Shown: piece by piece, positions 46,015 to 54,720 of the stretch
Layout: the number at the start of each line of letters is the position of its first letter
Position numbering within the stretch: the first letter of the stretch is position 1
Source of the DNA: Patescibacteria group bacterium
Lineage (GTDB): Bacteria > Patescibacteriota > Patescibacteriia > 2-12-FULL-60-25
Assembly (NCBI GenBank): GCA_049295615.1
Contig: JBAQQZ010000070.1
Location: forward strand, 11,265-75,264
DNA length: 64,000 nucleotides
Direction of reading: 5' to 3'
Notes under the pieces: model-generated
What the model saw: the letters and a program-made list of their open reading frames with translations, nothing else
Database searches by the model: none
What the model was told of the DNA's origin: nothing
Program-made: the position numbers and the translations under genes

Positions 46015-48661
46015 TGGAAGTTGCAAAAAGTGCCGCGACGACTTGGTCACGGTCCCACGTACCAGCGTCGGTCAAAACGCCCGGCGTCGACGACGCCGCC
46101 TGGCTCCATGAGACGGCCCAGCTCGCCGGGTAGTTGATGGACGTTTGGTACGTGCGGTCGTCTTTGCCCGACTGGCTCGTGAGCAGGAGCGAGTAGGCGC
46201 CATGCGACATGTCGCTGGACGGTTCGCCTGGCGCAGCCTCGAGCTTGGCCAGCATGTCAGACGTCGTCATCGGCAAACGGTAGGTCAAGGTGATGGTTTG
46301 CGTTTGGCCCGGATCAAGTTGCATCCAACCGCCGAACACCGTCCGCGAACCTTCTTGGCTGACCGTGACGCCGCCGCCAAAATCCACATCCGTTGCCTCT
46401 ACGGCAGCGACGTCCGGATCTTGGGTTTCCGTCGTCGTATCAACCTTCTGGAAGAATGATTGGGCTGGCGTATTGAAACCGGTCGCCGACAACAACGTGC
46501 TTCCTTGCGGCACATACGTGCGCAAATACGAGACGTTGCGCACACCACTGAACTGCTGGCCTTTGATCCCATTATGCGTACGCGTCAACGTGACCGTGTC
46601 TTCAATCGACCCGTCATCGGCAATCGTGGCATTATGCGTCACTTGTTCGGCGATCGAGCCGTCGGTCTTCTGCCCGCCGATGTTGGCTTCGATGAGCGCC
46701 AACGCATCGCCGGACGTCTCTTTCATGCGGCCGTTCCAGCCATATTTTTCTGCCAAAGCTTCCTCGTCAGGATTCGTGAACGCGACTTGGATGTCTTTGG
46801 TCTGCAAACTGTCGCTCGTGAGTGCCAGGACCTTGAGCCAATCATCCTTGGTGAATGTCTTGGTGCGGTCCATGATCTTATTCATCAAATCGCCGACGAA
46901 CTTTTTTGGCGTGTTGGCTTTCTTGTCGTAATCAACCTCGACGGCTACTTGCGTCTCGGCCAGGAAGTTGGACGAGTTGATCGTCTTGCCGTAATCAGGC
47001 ATGTCGATCGGGCCCGTGATGTCGAGCAGCTTTTCGACATACGTTGCGTTGATCGCGATCACGCCGTCGACGCTTGATTGGCGCGAGGTGTCCCAAAACC
47101 ACCGGATCTTGGCGGCGCTCGTCGGAAAATCCGGTGACCAGTTGGCGTCCTGGAATTGCCACAAGGCGTTGACGAGCTGCAATGGTTGCGGCGGGATGAC
47201 GCGTGCCAGGAGCTGGCCTTGCAAGTCATATGTCCCGCCCGTCGGCACGTGCACGTCGGTGATGGCACCCTGGTCCATCGTGACTTCGGCCAGCGATCCC
47301 ATGAAGCCGCCTGTGGGCCGGAGTTCTGTTTGGTTTTGGAAAATGACGAGGTACTTGCGCAACGAGTCGCGCCCCACCATGCCGGACAAGGCGTCAGACA
47401 ACGTGGCAAATTCTTGCACGGCTTGGGTTGATTGGTTGAGCGTGCTGAAGAGGGCCGTGGCGTTGTCGCGTTGCGCTGCGGGGATGGTCGACGGGTCGAT
47501 GCTCGACGCGTCTTTTGACGCGTCAGACAGGAGTTGCAAGGCGCTCTTGGAATAATCACTTAAGACGTCCAAGCGCTCATCCAAGCGGCGGCCGGGGTCA
47601 TCAAAGACTTTATTAAAACCCAACGCGAGGAGGCGACCAGCTTCGCTCGCCTTGTCGCCGGCTTCGAGTAACGCGTTGGCACTGTGGTAGGTTTTTGGCA
47701 GCACGGACGCGACGGCGATCGCCAAGGCATTACTCTGCGTCAGTTCGGCATCTGCGGAACGGAATTGGGAGGAGGCTTGCTTCAAATCATCCGCAGACGA
47801 AGCGACAGAATCCGCATTGGCCGCCGCGAGCAACTCGTTAATGGCGGCTTCGCCATCCCCCGCGGCGACCGCTTTTTGCGCGGAAACTGAACGGTAGATC
47901 GCGACGGCCCCTGCTGGGACAGTCACGAGCAATGCCAGCGCGAGGAACCCGACCAAGGCGCGGGCAAAAGAGAATGTCGGCGCGCGTTCAGATTCTTCCA
48001 CCAGTTCTTCGACGTCGTCGACTGCTTTGCGTTCGGCCGTTTCGACGCGGATGAACAAGCGTCGGACAGAGTTGGCCGCATCGCCAAAGACCGAACGGAC
48101 GCGGTCAAAACGGCCGTAGACCCGCGTATACGCCTCATCAAACGAGGCGGAGGTGAACTGGTCGCGCGTCGTCCATGGGTCGTGCTCGGTCGTGAGGTCG
48201 GCGCTCACGCTGGCATAGGCGTTGACCGGCGACGCAGAGGCTTTCAAGCCTTCGCCCGGCGCATAGTTCGCCTTCAAATCCGGACGGTCACCGGACGCCG
48301 GACCGACGGGAGACAGCGGCACGTTGCGCAGCGACACCACATAGGGGCTGCGTTGGTGCGCGCCTTTTTTGATCGTGATCTTGGCGGAGTGCGAACCACC
48401 TTTGGCTTTGACGAGTTTTGTCAGCGCTGAGCGGTCGAGATCTTGGACTTCGTCCGTGACCGTCTCTTCCATCGTTGGCGCAGGCTTCTTGAACAACCGG
48501 CTGGACGATGTTGCCTTGCGCTTGCGGACGCCGCGTGGCGTGGCGATGGTCGCACCATCTTGTTCGACCACATGCGACAGTTGGTTTTCGAGTGCATCAG
48601 ACAACACCGATGATTTTTCGGCGTTGGCGTTTGGAGATGATTGTCGTTTTCGTCCTCCCAT
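45977..48661 (-). CDS. DUF4012 domain-containing large membrane-anchored protein
   Basis: YLVIFQNQTELRPTGGFMGSLAEV... matches my recollection of the DUF4012 core. N-terminal TM. Confidence 0.55.
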   Translation of the reverse strand: MGGRKRQSSPNANAEKSSVLSDALENQLSHVVEQDGATIATPRGVRKRKATSSSRLFKKPAPTMEETVTDEVQDLDRSALTKLVKAKGGSHSAKITIKKGAHQRSPYVVSLRNVPLSPVGPASGDRPDLKANYAPGEGLKASASPVNAYASVSADLTTEHDPWTTRDQFTSASFDEAYTRVYGRFDRVRSVFGDAANSVRRLFIRVETAERKAVDDVEELVEESERAPTFSFARALVGFLALALLVTVPAGAVAIYRSVSAQKAVAAGDGEAAINELLAAANADSVASSADDLKQASSQFRSADAELTQSNALAIAVASVLPKTYHSANALLEAGDKASEAGRLLALGFNKVFDDPGRRLDERLDVLSDYSKSALQLLSDASKDASSIDPSTIPAAQRDNATALFSTLNQSTQAVQEFATLSDALSGMVGRDSLRKYLVIFQNQTELRPTGGFMGSLAEVTMDQGAITDVHVPTGGTYDLQGQLLARVIPPQPLQLVNALWQFQDANWSPDFPTSAAKIRWFWDTSRQSSVDGVIAINATYVEKLLDITGPIDMPDYGKTINSSNFLAETQVAVEVDYDKKANTPKKFVGDLMNKIMDRTKTFTKDDWLKVLALTSDSLQTKDIQVAFTNPDEEALAEKYGWNGRMKETSGDALALIEANIGGQKTDGSIAEQVTHNATIADDGSIEDTVTLTRTHNGIKGQQFSGVRNVSYLRTYVPQGSTLLSATGFNTPAQSFFQKVDTTTETQDPDVAAVEATDVDFGGGVTVSQEGSRTVFGGWMQLDPGQTQTITLTYRLPMTTSDMLAKLEAAPGEPSSDMSHGAYSLLLTSQSGKDDRTYQTSINYPASWAVSWSQAASSTPGVLTDAGTWDRDQVVAALFATSNGQIGTQNASGN

Positions 48662-48670
48662 GAAAAACGG

Positions 48671-49771
48671 TCATCGGGTCTCGAGATAGGCTTGCAGCGT
48701 GCGTTCAGCCGTCCGTTTCCAATCGTGTTGCCGCGCGAGTTCCGGTGCTGCGTGAAGCCCTTTTTGATGGGCTTCGTCCCGACGTTCGAGAACCTGATGA
48801 ACCGCGCCAAGTATAGCATCCACATCGCCTCGCCGGAAGATGGTTGCAGCACTTTTCCCCAGGACTTCGACTGTAGCCGGCGCATCCGCCGCAATCACGG
48901 GACATCCGTGCGCGATTGCCTCAAGCGGCGGCAGCCCAAAACCCTCAAAATGCGAAGGAAAAATGAAGGCCGAAGCCGTGCGATACAACTTCACAAGCTC
49001 GTCGTCAGATACGCGACCGAGGAACGCAATGTTGGCGAGTGGTTCGTGCGTTGTCCGCTCTTTCAGCCGAGACATGAAGACATCCATCTCACCCGCGACC
49101 TTGAAACGCAGGGACGGGAAATCACGACTGATCTTTGGCCAAGCATCAAACACGTCAGCCAAGCCCTTATGCGGATAGGCAGAACCGACATATAGCAAAA
49201 AAGGTGGATCAGATGGATTCCATGATGCGACATCGAGCATCGGCATCCCCTCTCCCGTCACTACGAGCTTGCCTTTGGTCGCCGGATACAGCGTTTGGAC
49301 GTCTTGCTCCACGAAGTGCGTCGGCACAAGGATACGATTCGCGTGACGCAGCGCTTGGGACAAGACCACGCGATACCCGGCACGTTTTGCGAGACGTAAG
49401 AGCGGCCCGCGCGTCGAGATCTTCGCGCTCTCCGGTTCATGGCGCAGCAGCAGGTCGTGGATCGTGATGACGAGATTGTTGTGAACGCGCGTCGGCACGT
49501 TCCAATGCGGCACATGCACGACATCAGGCTTTGTCTTGGCAATGACCGACGTCATTTCCCGTTGCTCACGCAGGCCATACCACGGAATATCTGCGACGAC
49601 CGTCTCGACGGATGGATGGTCTGCAAACGGGTGGTTTGGTTGGCGGACGATCAAGACGTATTGGTTGCCTGGCGCGACTTCAAGCATGGCGCGGACAAGC
49701 TGCTCAACATACCGCCCGATCCCACGCGTGTTTTCAGGACCCATCATGCGGGCGTCGAGAGTGATGCGCAT
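48671..49771 (-). CDS. Glycosyltransferase family 1 (GT4-type)
   Basis: FIFPSHFEGFGLPPLEAIAHGCPVIAADAPATVEV. Start trimmed to MRITLDARMM because the ORF extension runs through a tRNA and its terminator. Confidence 0.8.
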   Translation of the reverse strand: MRITLDARMMGPENTRGIGRYVEQLVRAMLEVAPGNQYVLIVRQPNHPFADHPSVETVVADIPWYGLREQREMTSVIAKTKPDVVHVPHWNVPTRVHNNLVITIHDLLLRHEPESAKISTRGPLLRLAKRAGYRVVLSQALRHANRILVPTHFVEQDVQTLYPATKGKLVVTGEGMPMLDVASWNPSDPPFLLYVGSAYPHKGLADVFDAWPKISRDFPSLRFKVAGEMDVFMSRLKERTTHEPLANIAFLGRVSDDELVKLYRTASAFIFPSHFEGFGLPPLEAIAHGCPVIAADAPATVEVLGKSAATIFRRGDVDAILGAVHQVLERRDEAHQKGLHAAPELARQHDWKRTAERTLQAYLETR

Positions 49772-49851
49772 GCCAAAACAGTACGGGTCGCTGGCCTGAT
49801 TGGCAAGCAAATCTTGCAACAAAAAAACCGGCGATATGCCGGTTTTTCCAT

Positions 49852-49927
49852 TGGTCGGGCTGGTGAGACTCGAACTCACGACCCCCTGCTCCCAAAGCAG
49901 GTGCGCTACCAACTGCGCTACAGCCCG
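49852..49927 (-). tRNA. tRNA-Pro (anticodon TGG)
   Basis: Reverse complement CGGGCTGTAGCGCAGTTGGTAGCGCACCTGCTTTGGGAGCAGGGGGTCGTGAGTTCGAGTCTCACCAGCCCGACCA. Confidence 0.92.
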
Positions 49928-50035
49928 TTATTCGATCTGAAAAGTGTTGGCAGCATATGCTGAACCGTCGTGGTTGTCGAGAGGGACGGGATTGATCTCG
50001 ACCGCGTCTTCGGCTACGCTAAGGCCACAAATTTC

Positions 50036-50110
50036 GCGGGTATCGTATAGTGGCTATTATGCGACCCTTCCAAGGTTGAGAGGCGGGTTCGATTCCCGCT
50101 ACCCGCTCCA
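50036..50110 (+). tRNA. tRNA-Gly (anticodon TCC)
   Basis: GCGGGTATCGTATAGTGGCTATTATGCGACCCTTCCAAGGTTGAGAGGCGGGTTCGATTCCCGCTACCCGCTCCA. Very close to E. coli tRNA-Gly(UCC). Confidence 0.92.
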
Positions 50111-50153
50111 AACAAAAACCTCCCAATCGGGAGGTTTTTGTTATATCCAACTC

Positions 50154-50579
50154 TCATTGATGGTACATCCAATACCAGAACAACAAGCCGAACCCGATCA
50201 GCAGACAAACTTTGAGAAGCTTAAGCCATCCGCTCGTTGCTGGAACCTTATTATATTGGTCTTCGTCTTCTTTCCGCATGATGGTTTGTTGCCCCGTCCA
50301 AGACAGGCGGAGGATCCGTGTACCGTCACGTGCCGTGCTCACCGGGAACCAATGCGGCAGGCCGTCGACCCAGTTGATAAAGCTCGGGATGTAGGCCATC
50401 GCCAATAACGTCGACAGCATGAGGACGAGCGCAAAGGGATTGTCCGAATGTGCAAAATAAACCAGTACCGCGGCAAAGAACACGAAGAACCATCCATACC
50501 CAAAGAGCGCCGCGCGTTTGCCGATCGGCGTATAGATCACTTTGTCCCCTACTTCTCTGCGTGTGTAAAAAATTGCCAT
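50154..50579 (-). CDS. Hypothetical membrane protein
   Basis: Start trimmed to MAIFYTRREV, just after the stop of the upstream desaturase gene. 3-4 TM helices. Confidence 0.45.
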   Translation of the reverse strand: MAIFYTRREVGDKVIYTPIGKRAALFGYGWFFVFFAAVLVYFAHSDNPFALVLMLSTLLAMAYIPSFINWVDGLPHWFPVSTARDGTRILRLSWTGQQTIMRKEDEDQYNKVPATSGWLKLLKVCLLIGFGLLFWYWMYHQ

Positions 50580-50584
50580 ATGAC

Positions 50585-51289
50585 TCAAGCTTCCAGATTT
50601 TTCAAATCCTCCCTCCGCGGGACCGCCCGTGACGTTTTTGTGATGACCCATTCCAACCTCCGATAAAATCCAATCCGGTTAAACGCCTCGTTCAGCCAGC
50701 CATTCGTGATGTTGTAACTTTCCATGTGCGGGAAGGTGTGGTGGATGGCGTGGCCTTCACGCGTCAACACGAGACGTACGCGTTGCAGCGTACATGCGAT
50801 GAACGGTGGTTTCTCCATGTGTGCCCATTTGTGGATCTGGTTGGTGAACGAGACGGCGACTGACAGGCTCAAACAAAATGCGGCGACGCTGGCAGACGAT
50901 GACAAGAAGGCGGCAGGTGCCGCGACCACGAGCGACACCAAAAAATTATTGCCGTTGGTTTCCAAAAAATCGTGGCGCGTGATGGACGTTGGGTCGACAT
51001 GATGTTCACGGAACGGACGGATGAGCATCTTGCCGACGAACGGGACATCCTCGCTTCCCCACGTATCAGCTCCCCAATGGATCAACCCCGTGATCGCATC
51101 CGCGGTGAGCAAGCCTAAGGCAAAGCAGAACAACACGATCCACGCAGACGAATCATGATGCGTCACGAGCCGATACAACAAGATTAATTGGCACGCGACG
51201 GATACAACGATGGCAGTCGCTTCGATGACGGCAAAACGGCTCCGTGTACCGACGGAAAGCTGCGTGTGCTGGCGCGTCACCTCTTCCAT
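50585..51289 (-). CDS. Membrane lipid desaturase of the FAD4 / CarF / TMEM189 (PEDS1) family
   Basis: His clusters LIHWGADTWG, FREHHVDP, IHKWAH, GHAIHHTFPH in TM context. Confidence 0.6.
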   Translation of the reverse strand: MEEVTRQHTQLSVGTRSRFAVIEATAIVVSVACQLILLYRLVTHHDSSAWIVLFCFALGLLTADAITGLIHWGADTWGSEDVPFVGKMLIRPFREHHVDPTSITRHDFLETNGNNFLVSLVVAAPAAFLSSSASVAAFCLSLSVAVSFTNQIHKWAHMEKPPFIACTLQRVRLVLTREGHAIHHTFPHMESYNITNGWLNEAFNRIGFYRRLEWVITKTSRAVPRREDLKNLEA

Positions 51290-51379
51290 ACGAGAGATAG
51301 TAAACCTTGAAACGGCAGGATCGTCTATCTTGCAAGACGACAGAACAAAAAAACGACGGCCAAAACCGTCGCTTCTTTG

Positions 51380-51454
51380 TGGTGCCGAGAGCCAGGATCG
51401 AACTGGCGACGCAAGGATTTTCAGTCCTTCGCTCTACCACTGAGCTACCTCGGC
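51380..51454 (-). tRNA. tRNA-Phe (anticodon GAA)
   Basis: Reverse complement GCCGAGGTAGCTCAGTGGTAGAGCGAAGGACTGAAAATCCTTGCGTCGCCAGTTCGATCCTGGCTCTCGGCACCA. Confidence 0.92.
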
Positions 51455-51509
51455 GAAAATTTGATGCTGCGAAGGGGTACCACTGCCTGCCCGGTACTTC
51501 ACCGGGGAG

Positions 51510-51998
51510 CTACCTCGGCGTGGTGGGGTCAACTTTTTTCTTGTTGAATGGCCAGTGGGACTGGCGTTCTTCCTCATTTCCCATGAGCCGCGCATCGAGC
51601 GGGCCGAAAATCGCGAGCAGGACGAGGACGATCAGCGTTGCCATAGCCGCGACTTCATAGAACCCGAAACCACACGCGATGCCAATCCCCGCGACAACCC
51701 ACATGGTCGCGGCGGTCGTCAACCCATGGACCGCACCAGAGGACTGGATGATGACGCCGGCACCCAAGAACCCAATGCCTTCAACGACGATCGATGCGAT
51801 ACGGTCTGCGGCTGCACCTTGCATCTGGGCTGCGATCAAGAAGCCGCACATCGTCACGACCGCCGCGCCTAAACCAATGAGCGCATTGGTGCGCACGCCG
51901 GCGGGCTTCTTGCGCACTTCACGCTCAATCCCGATCAGGCCCGTCAGGACCGTCGCGGTAATGAGGCGGATGGCGATTTCTTGGAAGGAAAGTCCCAT
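51510..51998 (-). CDS. MgtC/SapB family membrane protein
   Basis: GIEREVRKKPAGVRTNALIGLGAA signature. Confidence 0.8.
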   Translation of the reverse strand: MGLSFQEIAIRLITATVLTGLIGIEREVRKKPAGVRTNALIGLGAAVVTMCGFLIAAQMQGAAADRIASIVVEGIGFLGAGVIIQSSGAVHGLTTAATMWVVAGIGIACGFGFYEVAAMATLIVLVLLAIFGPLDARLMGNEEERQSHWPFNKKKVDPTTPR

Positions 51999-52229
51999 AG
52001 GAACGCCGAAATAATAGCCGGGAACCCCGAAAGGCGCAAGGTCTCAAAGCGTCTTGCCAAAACACCCATTCCCCTATACTCTGCTGGCACAATTCACCGA
52101 TTGTCCTGCGTTATCCCCGTCTGCCAGCAGGCAGACTTGCCAGCCCACGGCTGGCAAAGCGCAGGCGACGAACGGAGTGCAGGGAAGGCGCTGTCGCCTG
52201 ACCGGAACGCAGTTCGTGTCGCCGAGCAA

Positions 52230-52306
52230 GGGCGTGTAGCTCAGATGGTTAGAGCGTCACACTGATAATGTGAAGGTCCCTGGTTCGACTCCAGGCACGC
52301 CCACCA
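52230..52306 (+). tRNA. tRNA-Ile (anticodon GAT), stand-alone rather than in an rRNA spacer
   Basis: GGGCGTGTAGCTCAGATGGTTAGAGCGTCACACTGATAATGTGAAGGTCCCTGGTTCGACTCCAGGCACGCCCACCA. Confidence 0.92.
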
Positions 52307-52355
52307 AACAAAAAATCCCCATGCAGGGATTTTTTGTTTGGCCTGTCGATGCAAC

Positions 52356-52934
52356 CTAGTTGCCCGAATCCGTCGAAGACGGTGCGGACGATGACTGCGG
52401 TGTGTAGACGAGCACGATTGAGCTCCCGGCGTTATCGCCGCCAGAGCTGATCGTCAGGTCAAGCTTGGCATCCGCCTTTGAATAGGACCGGATCTCCATC
52501 CCGCTGATATTGGAACTCTCATCTTGTGACCAGCCGGATTTGAGCTGCGCGTCGTACCACGCGGCAACCTTGGCCACGTCGTCCGTTGTCTTGAGGGTCA
52601 GGGACGCGCTCATGTCGCCGGTCTTTTGCATCACGACGCCGTTTGCCGTCGCACCGGGATAGATCGGCGCATCCTTGGGGAAGTCACTCGGGATCGCGAC
52701 GTTGTCGCCAAAAGCCATCGTCCCCCCGGTCTTATTGTCGGTGAATGAGACGGAATTGCCGTTCTCGTTCAAGTTGACCTTGCCTCCGGTTGCCTGGCTC
52801 ACAATGCCTTGCGCCACGGACTGGCCAATCTTGTTTTCGACACTTTGCTGGACGGACGCGACCGGGTTACAACCGGCGCCGAGGAATGAGAGGGCGGCAA
52901 CTGATGCGACAATTGGGAACGCACGTTTGAGCAT
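52356..52934 (-). CDS. Hypothetical lipoprotein
   Basis: MLKRAFPIVASVAALSFLGAGCNP lipobox. Start trimmed. Confidence 0.55.
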   Translation of the reverse strand: MLKRAFPIVASVAALSFLGAGCNPVASVQQSVENKIGQSVAQGIVSQATGGKVNLNENGNSVSFTDNKTGGTMAFGDNVAIPSDFPKDAPIYPGATANGVVMQKTGDMSASLTLKTTDDVAKVAAWYDAQLKSGWSQDESSNISGMEIRSYSKADAKLDLTISSGGDNAGSSIVLVYTPQSSSAPSSTDSGN

Positions 52935-52941
52935 AAAAATG

Positions 52942-53667
52942 TTACGAGAATAATTCTTTACGGACCTTGGTTTTGACATCCACGCCTTTCGCTTCCAACA
53001 TCGCCTTGATCGTATCCATGAACTCGCGCGTGCCGCACATGGCGTACTCGGCATGTGCGAAGTCCATGATGTTTTTGGCGAGCATCGCCTCATTGAGGCG
53101 GCCGACCTCATCCTGCCAATCGGATGGGTGTGCGCCGGTCAGGGTGAACACGGCGCGGAACGACGGGTGCGCCGTTGCGAATTCACGGAACTCGGATTCG
53201 TAGGCGATCGCGTTGCGTTCGCGGTTGGTATAGAAGAGCGTGACGGGGCGGGGGTCGTGGGTCGCGATGATCTCACGCAACATGCTGCGCAGCGGCGCGA
53301 TGCCGATCCCGGCTGCGAATAGGATAAGCGGTTCCGTGCCAGGACGCAACGTAAACACGCCGTAGGGCCCTTGGAGCTTCACCGTCTCCCCGACCTTGAG
53401 TTGCGATGCTTTCTTCGTAAAATCGCCGTAGATCTTGATCGCAAGCTCGATCTTCCCATCAGCCTCGGACGGCGCATTCGCGATGGAAAACGCCGCCTTC
53501 CCCCATGGCGTCCCGTCTTCATTCAACAGATGCGTCATCACCCATTGGCCGGCTAAAAAATTGAAGAGCGGTTCGCCATCCGACGGGGCAAGCAACAGTG
53601 AAAAACAACCGTTACAGAGTGACGTGTTTGAAATGACCGTGAACGGGCGGTGGACTGGAAGCGGCAT
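52942..53667 (-). CDS. FAD/NAD(P)-binding oxidoreductase (ferredoxin-NADP reductase-like)
   Basis: FSIANAP..., GPYGVF, LFAAGIGIAPLRSML motifs. Confidence 0.7.
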   Translation of the reverse strand: MPLPVHRPFTVISNTSLCNGCFSLLLAPSDGEPLFNFLAGQWVMTHLLNEDGTPWGKAAFSIANAPSEADGKIELAIKIYGDFTKKASQLKVGETVKLQGPYGVFTLRPGTEPLILFAAGIGIAPLRSMLREIIATHDPRPVTLFYTNRERNAIAYESEFREFATAHPSFRAVFTLTGAHPSDWQDEVGRLNEAMLAKNIMDFAHAEYAMCGTREFMDTIKAMLEAKGVDVKTKVRKELFS

Positions 53668-53669
53668 GG

Positions 53670-53936
53670 TTACAAAATAATTTCGGTGCCGTCGTCTTCA
53701 AATAATTTGATCGCCAACGTGGGGCATGATCGCGCCGCTTCGATGATCATGTCGCGCACGTCCATTGAGTCCATGGCATTGGACGAGACGACGTCGTCTG
53801 CGGTGCCTTTTTCCGCACCTGGGGCTTCATTCAAAATATAGACCTTGCCCTCCTGGTTCAAGGCAAACGTCTTGGCCGCGATCGCGACGCACGAGGCGGC
53901 GCCAATGCAGGCGTCTTGGTCAACCACGATCTTCAT
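53670..53936 (-). CDS. Small ferredoxin (single-cluster type)
   Basis: KIVVDQDACIGAASCVAIA...ARSCPTLAI. 2 nt upstream of the reductase gene. Confidence 0.7.
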   Translation of the reverse strand: MKIVVDQDACIGAASCVAIAAKTFALNQEGKVYILNEAPGAEKGTADDVVSSNAMDSMDVRDMIIEAARSCPTLAIKLFEDDGTEIIL

Positions 53937-53984
53937 AGTGCCCGTAAGATAGCTTGGACAGGCAGCAGATGCAACCCACTGCCC

Positions 53985-54383
53985 TTAGGCGAAATAGGCC
54001 CGCAAGACGTCGTCTTTCCCGATCTGCGCGACGTTCTGCTTGTACTGCGCCCAAAATTGCGGATGGTGGATCATGCGCACCTGCCTAAACCAGCGCCGGA
54101 TGATGCGTGGCGGTGCCTGATGGTGCGCCAATTCGTGGCAGATGACGCGCAAAATCGCGTCGGTCTTGCGCGGTTTCATGGTGCGCGGCGTATAGAGGTC
54201 AACCGTAATGACCTTCGACCCGATCTTGGTGTAGCCAAGTGCCAGCGAGCGCAGCTTGCCGCGGCCACGGACGCGCCGACGGAGCGGACGGAGTGCGTAG
54301 CCGTCCATGCCCAAAACCGAACAGGTGCGGCGGAACAACTGTTCGACGTGCATCTCGTGTTGCGGGTCAACGATGTCAGCCAT
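53985..54383 (-). CDS. SprT-like / HExxH zinc metallopeptidase domain protein
   Basis: VICHELAHHQ motif. Only the C-terminal 132 codons of the 345-aa ORF look coding (ATG at MADIVDP). Confidence 0.4.
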   Translation of the reverse strand: MADIVDPQHEMHVEQLFRRTCSVLGMDGYALRPLRRRVRGRGKLRSLALGYTKIGSKVITVDLYTPRTMKPRKTDAILRVICHELAHHQAPPRIIRRWFRQVRMIHHPQFWAQYKQNVAQIGKDDVLRAYFA

Positions 54384-54433
54384 GGAACCACACGATACCA
54401 AAAACGCCCCAGTTTGTACCGAGGCGTTTTTGT

Positions 54434-54658
54434 TTAGATCTCCATGATCTTGGCTTTGGCGCCGATCTCGGCGCGCTTCTCGGGCGTTTGGAGTTCTTTG
54501 ACGTTCTGCCCGTGCATGCTGACGCCATGTTTGATCGTGGCGTCGACGGCTTCGTCGAGGTTGCGGCCCTTCATGATGGCGTTGCAGTCCAAGCCGAAGT
54601 CCCGACAGGCAATTACATACATCTTCTGTGGAGGCTTCATATGGAAGTATTGTGCCAA
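54434..54658 (-). CDS. DUF1059-like small protein
   Basis: YVIACRDFGLDCNAIMKG...IKHGVSMHG pattern. The real start may be the internal ATG at 54622. Confidence 0.5.
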   Translation of the reverse strand: MAQYFHMKPPQKMYVIACRDFGLDCNAIMKGRNLDEAVDATIKHGVSMHGQNVKELQTPEKRAEIGAKAKIMEI

Positions 54659-54720
54659 AATTAGGCAATTTTTGCAAGCACGGCTTCCGGATTGCGCCTT
54701 CTCGCGCTAGGCTGCTTCCC

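Noticed and set aside
49772-49912. N-terminal extension of the GT4 ORF. Similar 5' extensions exist for rplX, rpmC, rpsC, rplB, rplW, rplC and rpsL
   Set aside because: The GT4 extension reads through tRNA-Pro(TGG) and its terminator (…WEQGVVSSSLTSPT… is translated tRNA). The ribosomal extensions overlap upstream genes, while canonical N-termini begin at internal ATGs that abut the preceding stop.
51981-52265. 94-aa and 61-aa plus-strand ORFs upstream of and across tRNA-Ile(GAT)
   Set aside because: They run into the tRNA gene and have no SD. The region is better explained as a structured tRNA leader.
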